Positions 55,742 through 64,000 of a stretch of DNA of 64,000 nt are shown in pieces. The notes below the pieces were generated by a model that worked only from the letters and a program-made list of their open reading frames with translations, searched no databases and was not told the origin of the DNA. Where the stretch lies: the NCBI GenBank assembly GCA_040902515.1, contig JBBDXB010000006.1, positions 2,219 through 66,218 of the forward strand, read 5' to 3'. The stretch comes from Patescibacteria group bacterium (lineage in GTDB: Bacteria > Patescibacteriota > SICC01). Each line of letters starts with the position of its first letter. The first letter of the stretch is position 1. A program made the translations under genes and the position numbers.

Positions 55742-58226
55742 GCTGCGCCACTTTCTCCGCTTCCGGCAGCTTGAGCGAAAGCATCGTCGAGACGCCGCCG
55801 GAATCCATCGAGACGCCGTAGAGCATCGCCGCGGCTGTCATCGTGTCGCGGTTGTGCGTGACCACCAGGAACTGCGTCTGCTGGGCCAGCTCGGAGAGCA
55901 CGCGCGCGAAACGCCCGGTGTTGGCCTCGTCGAGCGCCGCATCCACCTCATCCAGCATCACGAACGGCGACGGGTTCACCTTGAGGATCGCGAACAGCAG
56001 CGCCACCGAGGTGAGCGCCCGCTCGCCGCCGGAAAGCTGCGCGAGCGACTTGAGGCGCTTGCCGGGCGGCACGGCCTTGATCTCGACGCCCATGTCCAGT
56101 TTGCGCGGGGCGGCTTCACCGCCACTATCCGCTTCTTCATCCTCGGCCTGCTTCGGTTCGACCATCTCCAGCGACGCCTTGCCGCCACCGAACAGCTTCT
56201 CGAAGTACTCCTCGAACGCGTCGCCGATCTTCTCGAACGCGTCGCTGAAGATCGTCCGGCTCTTCTGCTCCAGCTCCCGGATCACCTGCTCCAAGTCCTT
56301 CTTCGCCTTGACCAAGTCCTCGCTCTGCGCGGTCAGGAACTGGTGCCGCTCCTCGACTTCCTTGTGTTCCGCGGTCACCGCGGGGTCGATCCCGCCCATT
56401 TCCATCAGTTTCCGCTCCAGCTTGGCGATCCGCTCTTCGCTCACGTCTTCCGCGGTAAGTGGTGCGTTATCGGCGGGCGGAAACGCGAAATCGCCCTTAA
56501 GATTCGCGAGCTTGCCTTTCGCCTCATGGACCAGGTCATCGAGCCGGGTCTCCAGCTTGGCCAGCTCCAGGTTCTGCGCTTCAAGCTCCCGACGGTATTC
56601 ATCGTGCGTCCGCTGCTTGGTCCGGAGTGACGCCTCCTGCTCCTTGAGCTCATCGGTCTCCCCGAAGCTCCGTTGCTGCTCCGCGGCCACGCGCGTATCG
56701 AGAGCCGTGACCTGCTTCTCTAGTTCCTGCAGCTCCGCGCCGACCGTCTGTGCGGTCTTGGCCGATTCCGCGGCGGTGGCTTCCGCCGTCTTCAGCTCCG
56801 CGGCGGTTTCCTTCAGTCGTGCGGCAAGCGTCTTTCGCTCGGTCGCCGTCCGGTCAGCCTGCTCGCGACGGAGCTTCGTCGCTTCCTCCCGCGACGCCCG
56901 CTGCACTTTGAGCGATGCCAGTTCCTCCTGGAGCTTCGCCCGCTCCGCCAGGGCTTCATCCGGTTCACCCGCTGCCAAACGGCGGCTGCGTGCCAGGACC
57001 TTCCGGAGTTCCGTCAGTTTCGTCGTAAGCATCTCCTTCGCGGCGCCAATCGTCACCGCTTCCTCGATCTCCGCCGTCAGCCCGTCGGCCGTCCCCAGCA
57101 GCTCCGACAGATCGCCGGATCCCGCGAGCGTATCCTGGGCCAGCGCCGCGATCTGCCGTTCGACGGAGGAAATCCGTTGATCGAGGTCGCCGGTACCGGC
57201 GTCCGTTTTGCCGGACCCCGCCCCGGATAGCGCCTCCAGCCGTTCCGTGAGGTCACGCCGCTGGGCGGACAGACGCTCCGCCGTGGCCTTGGCCACTTCA
57301 CGAGCGGTGACCGCTTGGTTCATCCGGTCACGGAGGGCATCGCGCTTCCCGGCGACTTCGTTCCGTTCCGCGAACAGCTTGTTCAGGGTAAGTCCCTGCT
57401 GCCGCGACCGCAGCTCATCCACCTTCGCGGAGAGCTTCTCTAGTTCCCCACCGAGCTTGGCGTGTTCCTGCTCCAACTCCTCACGCTTGGTCCGTCGTTC
57501 CGAGACCTCGTGCGAGAGCTCACGGTACCGCCGCCCATACAGACCGAGCAACGCGTCCTTGAGCTGCTGCTCCACTTCGGCGCGTTTCGCCAGGGCGTCC
57601 GCCTGCCGGGCCAACGATTTCAGCCGGGGTCCGAGCTCCTTGAGAATGTCCTGGACCCGACTGAGGTTCCGTTCGGTCTCGCCCAGTTTCCGTTTAGCCT
57701 CGTCGCGCTTCAGGTAGAACTGCCGGACGCCGGCGGCCTCCTCGAAGAGTCCGCGCCGCTGTTCCGGCGTCTGGGTAAGCACCTTGTCCACCAGACCCTG
57801 GGAAATCACCGTGTAGTTCTCGGCACCGATGCCTGCCACCGCGAACGCGTGCAACAGGTCGGTGAGCCGCACCTTGCCGCCGTTCACCAGATATTCGGAG
57901 TCACCGGAACGATACTGGCGCCGCGTCACCACGACCTCGTCATAGTCGTATGGAAGACGTTTCACGGAATTATCGAACGTCAGCGATACCTCGGCCATGC
58001 TCATCGCCGGCCGCTTGGCGGTGCCGGAGAAGATCATGTCGGTCGAGACCTTGCCGCGGACCGCCTTCTTTGACTGCGCGCCGAGTACCCAGCGGATCGC
58101 GTCCGCGATGTTCGACTTGCCGGAGCCGTTCGGGCCGACGATCGCCGTGATGCCCGGCTCGAAGCGCAAAGCCGTCCGCTTGGCGAACGACTTGAATCCG
58201 GTGAGTTCTAACGAGGTCAGGAACAT
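55734..58226 (-). CDS. smc: SMC-family ATPase, short form
   Basis: GFKSF, GPNGSGKSN, FEEAAG, LSGGE, LDEVDAALD; 830 aa. Confidence 0.93.
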   Translation of the reverse strand: MFLTSLELTGFKSFAKRTALRFEPGITAIVGPNGSGKSNIADAIRWVLGAQSKKAVRGKVSTDMIFSGTAKRPAMSMAEVSLTFDNSVKRLPYDYDEVVVTRRQYRSGDSEYLVNGGKVRLTDLLHAFAVAGIGAENYTVISQGLVDKVLTQTPEQRRGLFEEAAGVRQFYLKRDEAKRKLGETERNLSRVQDILKELGPRLKSLARQADALAKRAEVEQQLKDALLGLYGRRYRELSHEVSERRTKREELEQEHAKLGGELEKLSAKVDELRSRQQGLTLNKLFAERNEVAGKRDALRDRMNQAVTAREVAKATAERLSAQRRDLTERLEALSGAGSGKTDAGTGDLDQRISSVERQIAALAQDTLAGSGDLSELLGTADGLTAEIEEAVTIGAAKEMLTTKLTELRKVLARSRRLAAGEPDEALAERAKLQEELASLKVQRASREEATKLRREQADRTATERKTLAARLKETAAELKTAEATAAESAKTAQTVGAELQELEKQVTALDTRVAAEQQRSFGETDELKEQEASLRTKQRTHDEYRRELEAQNLELAKLETRLDDLVHEAKGKLANLKGDFAFPPADNAPLTAEDVSEERIAKLERKLMEMGGIDPAVTAEHKEVEERHQFLTAQSEDLVKAKKDLEQVIRELEQKSRTIFSDAFEKIGDAFEEYFEKLFGGGKASLEMVEPKQAEDEEADSGGEAAPRKLDMGVEIKAVPPGKRLKSLAQLSGGERALTSVALLFAILKVNPSPFVMLDEVDAALDEANTGRFARVLSELAQQTQFLVVTHNRDTMTAAAMLYGVSMDSGGVSTMLSLKLPEAEKVAQHA

Positions 58227-58229
58227 GGT

Positions 58230-58940
58230 TCAGGAATCCTTGGGACGTTTCTTCACGCCTTTCGCGAGCGCGTCTTCCGCCGCCGCCCGCTCGGCCAACT
58301 GCTTCGAGGTCCCCTTCCCCTCGCCAAGCTTATTGTCGCCGACACCGACCGAGACCGTAAAGTGCTTGGCGTGGTCGGGACCGTGCTCGTCGAGCACCCG
58401 GTAGCGCGGGGTCTTCCCCAGTTTCTCCTGGGCCAGTTCCTGCAGCAGGCTCTTCGGCTCGCGATGCGACTCCTCGGCGATGATCGTCTCCAGGGCGGTG
58501 ATGATCTTCCGGTGGATGAAATCCTTGGCGACGCCGTACCCCTGGTCGAGGTAGATCGCGCCGATCACCGCCTCGCAGGCGTTGGCGAGCAAGGCGGACC
58601 GCTGGCGGCCGCCGCTCTTCTCTTCGCCTTTCGACATCAACAATGCCTGGCCAAGCCCCAGCTCTTCCGCCACCACGGCCAGCCGCTCCCCGCGGACCAG
58701 CGCGGAACGCAGGCTGGTCAGCTCACCCTCCGGATAATCGTAGGTCCGGTAAAGATGGTCGGTGACCACCAGCTCAAGCACCGCGTCCCCGAGGAATTCC
58801 AGGCGCTCGTTCTGCGGCAGGTCGAAGTTCCGGTTCTCGTTGAGGTAGCTCCGGTGTACCAGTGCCGTCCGGAGCAGCGAATCGTCCTTGAACCTGACGC
58901 CGAGTTTCTTCTGGACCGTGGTGAGCGAATCAGGCGCCAT
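58230..58940 (-). CDS. rnc: Ribonuclease III
   Basis: ERLEFLGDAVL, EAVIGAIYLD, dsRBD; start ATG 58940. Confidence 0.96.
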   Translation of the reverse strand: MAPDSLTTVQKKLGVRFKDDSLLRTALVHRSYLNENRNFDLPQNERLEFLGDAVLELVVTDHLYRTYDYPEGELTSLRSALVRGERLAVVAEELGLGQALLMSKGEEKSGGRQRSALLANACEAVIGAIYLDQGYGVAKDFIHRKIITALETIIAEESHREPKSLLQELAQEKLGKTPRYRVLDEHGPDHAKHFTVSVGVGDNKLGEGKGTSKQLAERAAAEDALAKGVKKRPKDS

Positions 58941-59457
58941 GCGTAAGCTCCTTCGAGCGTTTGGCCGCCTGCGCCACCAGGCGCCGCAGGTTGGCGTGGG
59001 GAATCGCCCGGACGGCTTCGTCGGGATCGAACCAGCGGGCGTCCGCCACGAGTTGGTCGTGTGGGTCGAACTTCTCCGGATCCAGCTCCGTGTCACCCAT
59101 CGCCCGCATCAGGTAGAGGTCGACCGTCTTCCGGACCGTCTTACCTTTCTCGGGACCGCGCAAGCCGCGGAAGTGGTAGGTGTTCTTGCCAAGCAACTCG
59201 ACGATCTCGGCGGTGATACCCGTCTCCTCCTGCACTTCACGCACGCCGGCGGTCTTGCTGTCCTCGCCGGGATCGATGTGTCCCTTGGGAATTGCCCAGG
59301 CGCCGTCGAACGAGTGCTTGATTAGCAGCAGCTTCGGGACGCCGTCGATGATCGCGTAGACGATGCCGCCCGAGGAATGGACGAACTTACTTCTCTGCCG
59401 ACGGTTCTTGCCCGCCGGCCGGCCGCGTCTTTTCGGGTTGCGTTTCTTTTCCGTCAT
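58930..59457 (-). CDS. Nudix hydrolase
   Basis: Nudix box PKGHIDPGEDSKTAGVREVQEETGI; start uncertain. Confidence 0.88.
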   Translation of the reverse strand: MTEKKRNPKRRGRPAGKNRRQRSKFVHSSGGIVYAIIDGVPKLLLIKHSFDGAWAIPKGHIDPGEDSKTAGVREVQEETGITAEIVELLGKNTYHFRGLRGPEKGKTVRKTVDLYLMRAMGDTELDPEKFDPHDQLVADARWFDPDEAVRAIPHANLRRLVAQAAKRSKELTHGA

Positions 59458-59902
59458 CGCCTTGCTTACCATCCTTATCGTCCTTCCCATCATACTTGTC
59501 GCTGCCGCGGTAGACAGTCCCCAGCACGCCGTTCACGAATGAACCGGAGTTCTCGCCGCCGAACGCCTTGGCGATCTCCACCGCCTCGTTGATCGCCACC
59601 TTCGGCGGGACCCCGTCGGAGTAAAGTACCTCATAGATCCCGAGCCGGAGCACCGCCCGGTCGATCGCCGCGATCTGGTCGAGCGGCCATTCCGGCGCGT
59701 GCTTCACGATCAGTGCGTCGATTGCCTTGCGATGCTTGGCCAGCCCGGCGGCGGCTTGTTCGACATACGCCCGCTCCTCGTCAGACACCTGCTCTCTCTG
59801 GAGATGGCGTGCCGTGATGTCGGTAAGCGCCTGTTCGGGGTGGAATTCCGCCTCATACAGCGACTGCATGAGGACGGTCCGAAGCGTGTGACGGTTCGAC
59901 AT
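59387..59902 (-). CDS. nusB: Transcription antitermination factor NusB
   Basis: APEWP, IDRAVLR, VAINEAVEIAK, FVNGVLG. Confidence 0.95.
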   Translation of the reverse strand: MSNRHTLRTVLMQSLYEAEFHPEQALTDITARHLQREQVSDEERAYVEQAAAGLAKHRKAIDALIVKHAPEWPLDQIAAIDRAVLRLGIYEVLYSDGVPPKVAINEAVEIAKAFGGENSGSFVNGVLGTVYRGSDKYDGKDDKDGKQGDDGKETQPEKTRPAGGQEPSAEK

Positions 59903-60072
59903 CAGTCTTTCTTGATGACCTGCCGGCCGCGGTACTGCCCGGTATCGGGATCCGCACGATGGCTCAGTCGCAATCCGGTAGCGGTCTTCACTGCTCCGGG
60001 GGCTTTCGGTGCCAGATGCGAACGTCCCTTGCGGGTCCGTGTCTTCGACTTCTTTTGCTTAGGTACGGCCAT
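59902..60072 (-). CDS. rpmF: 50S ribosomal protein L32 (Cys-free form)
   Basis: Manual translation MAVPKQKKSKTRTRKGRSH...HRADPDTGQYRGRQVIKKD*. Confidence 0.9.
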   Translation of the reverse strand: MAVPKQKKSKTRTRKGRSHLAPKAPGAVKTATGLRLSHRADPDTGQYRGRQVIKKD

Positions 60073-60122
60073 ATGGACAGCTTACAGGGTGAACGCTGCC
60101 AGTGGCTAGGCCACGGATCATG

Positions 60123-60614
60123 CTACCTTTTGAACCGCTTGAGATCGCCAAAGGGATGCTCGTCATCCCCCGGACCCTTCTCCGGCGCGTGCGTATGCGG
60201 TTCGACGTTCAGGTCTTTGCCGCAGGCAGGGCAAAGCCCCCTGCACGCCGGATCGTGCAGCGGTTTCTCCGGCAGGCTGGTCAGGATGACCGCACGGAGC
60301 ATCGGGTCCAGCACCAACCGTTCGTTCTCCGCCGGAAACTGTTCCTCGGTCGGCTCTTTCGTGAACTCCTCGGAGAGCGGTTCTTCGATCGGATGCTCGA
60401 ACGGCTTGAGGCAGCGGCTGCACTCGAGCCTCGCGGTGGCAGTAAGATCGCCGGCGACGAGGTACCGGTCGCCAAGCCGGGTGACCGTGCCGGATCCCTT
60501 GAGATCCCGGAGGCTTTGGAGATCCTCAAGTTTCGGCGCGGGGGTGGAGAACCGGAACGGTTCGCTGGCGCCAGGATCCGCGCTTCGCAGCGTCCGGATG
60601 TCGACGGTGATCAT
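60123..60614 (-). CDS. yceD: DUF177/YceD family protein
   Basis: CSRCL, CRGLCPACGKDLN; upstream of rpmF; ATGA overlap with leuS stop. Confidence 0.9.
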   Translation of the reverse strand: MITVDIRTLRSADPGASEPFRFSTPAPKLEDLQSLRDLKGSGTVTRLGDRYLVAGDLTATARLECSRCLKPFEHPIEEPLSEEFTKEPTEEQFPAENERLVLDPMLRAVILTSLPEKPLHDPACRGLCPACGKDLNVEPHTHAPEKGPGDDEHPFGDLKRFKR

Positions 60615-63484
60615 ACGACGAAGTTGAGCAGCTTTCCAGGTACGTAGATTACCTGCTTCGGCTTGGCGTCGCCAAGGTGCTTTTGCACGATTTCGTTTTC
60701 CTGTGCCGCCTGGACGGCGGCTGCCTCGGTCAGCCCTTCCGTGGGTAGTGTGACCGTTGTCCGGACCTTCCCGTTCACCTGCACGACGATGGCCGCGGTC
60801 TCCTGCTTCAGGGCGGCCCGGTCGATCGTCGGCCAATCCTGCGTGAAGATCGAATCCTCATGTCCCAGTTCCCGCCAAAGTTCTTCGGCGATATGCGGCG
60901 CGAACGGCGTTAGCAAGACCAGATACCGTTCAAAGTAGGGTCGCGCGGTGGCCGGCACGCCGCCGGCATCATCGGCCAGTGACTGGAAGCCGTTGAGCGC
61001 TTCCATCAGGGCACTGATTGCTGTGTTGAAACGGAATCCCTCGATCGACTCCGTCACCCGCTTGGTCGCCTGGGAGGCCACGCGTTTCCAGTCGCGTTCC
61101 GCCGCAGAGACTTTATCGCTTCCGTGTGTATGGCCGCTATTCGCTTCGGCTAGCCGCTGCCCGAACGTCCAGACCCGTTTCAGGAACCGGTAGGATCCCT
61201 CAATACCCTGCGTGCTCCAATCCGCACTCTGGTCGAATGGCCCAATGAACATCTCGAATATTCGGAGCGTGTCGGCGCCGAGACCTTCGACGACCTCATC
61301 AGGGTTGATCACGTTACCCAGTGACTTGCTCATCTTGCGACCGTCATCGGCTAGGATCATTCCCTGGTTACGGAGACTCAGAAACGGCTCCCGGAAGGCG
61401 AGGTGGCCGCGATCGGCGAGCGCTTTGGTCCAGAACCGAGCGTAGAGCAGATGCAGCACCGCATGTTCCGCTCCGCCGACGTACACATCCACCGGCATCC
61501 AGGCCTTGAGCGCAGCGGGGTCGAACGGTCCGTCTTTTTTGTCCGGAGACGGATACCGCAGGAAATACCAGTTGGAATCCGCGAACGTGTCCATGGTGTC
61601 GGTCTCGCGTTCGGCGGCGTCGCCACACTTCGGGCACGGCGTTTGTACGAACGACTCGACCTTGGCAAGCGGGCTCCGCCCGTCGCCGGTCGGGAGATAA
61701 TCTTCCACGTTCGGCAGCTCCACCGGCAGGTCCTCTCCCGGCACCGGCTGGGGACCGCATTTCTTGCAGTGGATGACCGGGATCGGCGTGCCCCAGTACC
61801 GCTGCCGGGAGATCAGCCAGTCGCGGAGCTTGTAGCCGGTCTGCTCTGTAGCGACCTTCCGTTTCTTGAGATCGGCGATGATCCGCTCGCGGGCGGTAGC
61901 AGACGTGAGACCGTCGTACTGGCCGGAGTTCACCAGGATCCCTTCGCCGCCGAACGCTTCCCGCTTCATGAACCAGCGGAACGCGAACCCGTGCATCGGG
62001 TCGGTCATGCGCCGCTCGACTTCAGCCGGCGCCATCCAGCCCACCGTGAACAGCCCTTGTTCGTGATCCTCCAGCTTCGGTTCGTCGCGGGCTTCATCTT
62101 TCAGTCGGAAATGGAACAGTTCCGCCGTGCTGCAGCGCGCCTTGCCGTGCGCGATCGTGTGGTAATGGTTCTTGGCCTGAATGCCTCGGGCGACCAGCTC
62201 CAGGTTCGTGTACCCGCTCTCCTCGGCGACCTCCCGCCGTGCCGCGGCTTCCGGATCCTCGCCCTCGTCCCGGCCGCCTCCGACGAAGAGGGTGCCGCCG
62301 CCTTTCTCCCAGTCCAGCGTCAGCAGCTCGCCGGTCTTCGGATGCTCGACGATCGCCACGATGCTCCGCCGCGGCTCCTCACCGTCGACCGGTGCACCGG
62401 TTTCCGGCATCACGACCTGCCGGACCGGCAGGTCGAAGACCTCCGCGAACTCGCGGTCCCGGGAATCGTGCGCCGGTACCGCCATGATCGCGCCTGTCCC
62501 GTACGAAGCCAGGACGTAATCAGCAATCCAGATCGGTATCCGCTCGTTGTTGGCCGGGTTGGTCGCATAGCTGCCGGTGAACACGCCCGTTTTCTTGCGA
62601 TCGGTCGCCGTCCGGTCGATCTCGCTCGCTCGCTTCGCTTGCTCGACGTACTTCCCGACCGCCGTGGCCTGCTCCGTGGTCGTGAGTTTCCCGACCAGCG
62701 CATGCTCCGGCGCCAGGACTAAATACGTGGCGCCGAACAACGTGTCTGGGCGGGTGGTGTAGACAGTGATGTCGCCGGCGTCGCTACCGAATGTCACCTG
62801 CGCCCCTTCGCTCCGGCCGATCCAGTTCCGCTGCATCGCCTTGATCGGCTCCGGCCAGTCGAGCTCGTCCAGTGCGTCCATCAACTCGTCGGCGTACGCC
62901 GTGATCTTGAAGTACCACTGGGTCAGCTCCTTCTTGGTTACTTCGGCACCGCAGCGCTCGCACTTACCATCGATGACCTGTTCATTGGCCAGCACGGTCT
63001 TGTCGTTCGGGCACCACCACTGCTGCCCGACGTCCCGATACACCAGTCCCGCCTTGAACAGCTCCAGGAAGATCCACTGCGTCCAGCGGTAATAGTCCGG
63101 GTCCGAGGTGTTCACCTCGCGCGACCAGTCGTACGAGAATCCGAGGCTCTTCAGTTGTCGGCGGAAGTTCTCGATGTTCCGCGTGGTGTTCTCCGCCGGA
63201 TGGACACCTTTCTTGATCGCCGCGTTCTCGGCCGGGAGCCCGAACGCGTCCCATCCCATCGGATGCAGAACGTCATGACCCGTCAGGCGTTTGAAGTGTG
63301 AGTACGCATCCGTCGCGATGTAGCCGCGCGGGTGCCCCACGTGCAATCCGTCGCCGGACGGATACGGGAACATGTCGAGCACGTATGCCTTCGTGCCAGG
63401 CTTGTCCGGCGCCGTGAAGATACCTGTTTCCTCCCAGCGCCGCTGCCACTTCGGTTCGATGGACTGCGGGTCGTAACGCTTCAT
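60611..63484 (-). CDS. leuS: Leucine--tRNA ligase with inserted Nudix domain
   Basis: MFPYPSG, HVGH, WLISRQRYWG, KMSKS; start ATG 63484. Confidence 0.97.
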   Translation of the reverse strand: MKRYDPQSIEPKWQRRWEETGIFTAPDKPGTKAYVLDMFPYPSGDGLHVGHPRGYIATDAYSHFKRLTGHDVLHPMGWDAFGLPAENAAIKKGVHPAENTTRNIENFRRQLKSLGFSYDWSREVNTSDPDYYRWTQWIFLELFKAGLVYRDVGQQWWCPNDKTVLANEQVIDGKCERCGAEVTKKELTQWYFKITAYADELMDALDELDWPEPIKAMQRNWIGRSEGAQVTFGSDAGDITVYTTRPDTLFGATYLVLAPEHALVGKLTTTEQATAVGKYVEQAKRASEIDRTATDRKKTGVFTGSYATNPANNERIPIWIADYVLASYGTGAIMAVPAHDSRDREFAEVFDLPVRQVVMPETGAPVDGEEPRRSIVAIVEHPKTGELLTLDWEKGGGTLFVGGGRDEGEDPEAAARREVAEESGYTNLELVARGIQAKNHYHTIAHGKARCSTAELFHFRLKDEARDEPKLEDHEQGLFTVGWMAPAEVERRMTDPMHGFAFRWFMKREAFGGEGILVNSGQYDGLTSATARERIIADLKKRKVATEQTGYKLRDWLISRQRYWGTPIPVIHCKKCGPQPVPGEDLPVELPNVEDYLPTGDGRSPLAKVESFVQTPCPKCGDAAERETDTMDTFADSNWYFLRYPSPDKKDGPFDPAALKAWMPVDVYVGGAEHAVLHLLYARFWTKALADRGHLAFREPFLSLRNQGMILADDGRKMSKSLGNVINPDEVVEGLGADTLRIFEMFIGPFDQSADWSTQGIEGSYRFLKRVWTFGQRLAEANSGHTHGSDKVSAAERDWKRVASQATKRVTESIEGFRFNTAISALMEALNGFQSLADDAGGVPATARPYFERYLVLLTPFAPHIAEELWRELGHEDSIFTQDWPTIDRAALKQETAAIVVQVNGKVRTTVTLPTEGLTEAAAVQAAQENEIVQKHLGDAKPKQVIYVPGKLLNFVV

Positions 63485-63561
63485 CCCTATTAGCGTACTA
63501 GGCCGGAGCGCCAAGCGACACATCGTGGCACGACTCGCCGCCGATGCGGTAGGCTGAGGCC

Positions 63562-64000
63562 GTGCCTCCGACCAAGCGCAACCACTACGACATCGTGGTC
63601 CTCGGTGCGGGGCCGGCCGGCCTCGCGGCCGCCGTCTACGCCGCACGCTATAACCTGAGGACCCTCGTCTTCGACATGGGCTTCGGCCGTTCCACCTGGT
63701 TCCAGCGATTCGACAATTACCTCGGCTTCCCGAAGGGCACCAAGGCGATGCAGTTCCGGGAGCTGGGCCGCGAGCAGGCCGAGCGGCTCGGCGCACGGTT
63801 CCATCTGCAAGAACCGGCCGAACGCGTCATGCCCCGTAAGGACGGGACCCTCACGATTCATACCAAGAAGCGCTCCGTGACCGCCGAAACGGTGATCATC
63901 GCCAGTGGCGTCGAGGACGTGATGCCGGACTTCAAGGACAACTTCGAATACGAGGGCCGGTCGATGTACTGGTGCATCCTCTGTGACGGCCACTTCGTGA
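63562..64000 (+). CDS. Thioredoxin reductase-like FAD/NAD(P) oxidoreductase (partial)
   Basis: Manual translation: YDIVVLGAGPAGLAAA, NYLGFP, IIASG, YWCILCDG (CxxC). Confidence 0.88.
   Translation, partial: MPPTKRNHYDIVVLGAGPAGLAAAVYAARYNLRTLVFDMGFGRSTWFQRFDNYLGFPKGTKAMQFRELGREQAERLGARFHLQEPAERVMPRKDGTLTIHTKKRSVTAETVIIASGVEDVMPDFKDNFEYEGRSMYWCILCDGHFV

Overview
High-GC bacterial chromosome segment, most likely Patescibacteria/CPR (hinge-less SMC, DUF5665, CPR-type PBP1A, YacL-ClpC pair; inference). Almost all conserved genes are on the minus strand: rpoB (partial), clpP, tig, comEA, recG, tyrS, ppa, tgt, clpC, nusA, rnhB, rplS, dnaE, gatCAB, ligA, lemA-htpX, secG, uvrC/A/B, trmD, khpA, rpsP, smc, rnc, nusB, rpmF, leuS, plus 8 canonical tRNAs. 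Orphan ORFs, mostly on the plus strand, are interspersed. No integrase, transposase, prophage or CRISPR array was seen. The most notable signals are non-coding. (1) A self-contained unit at ~53520-53990, in the usual rimM position between khpA and trmD, has its own promoter and terminator and three tandem tRNA-like genes with intact acceptor and T arms but abnormal anticodon arms (6-nt loop; AUA anticodon; no U33). (2) A ~380-nt multi-hairpin region follows tRNA-Val. (3) TAnnnT boxes recur 6-9 nt before start codons, suggesting pervasive leaderless mRNAs. LeuRS also carries an inserted Nudix domain. All calls are by eye; no searches were run.
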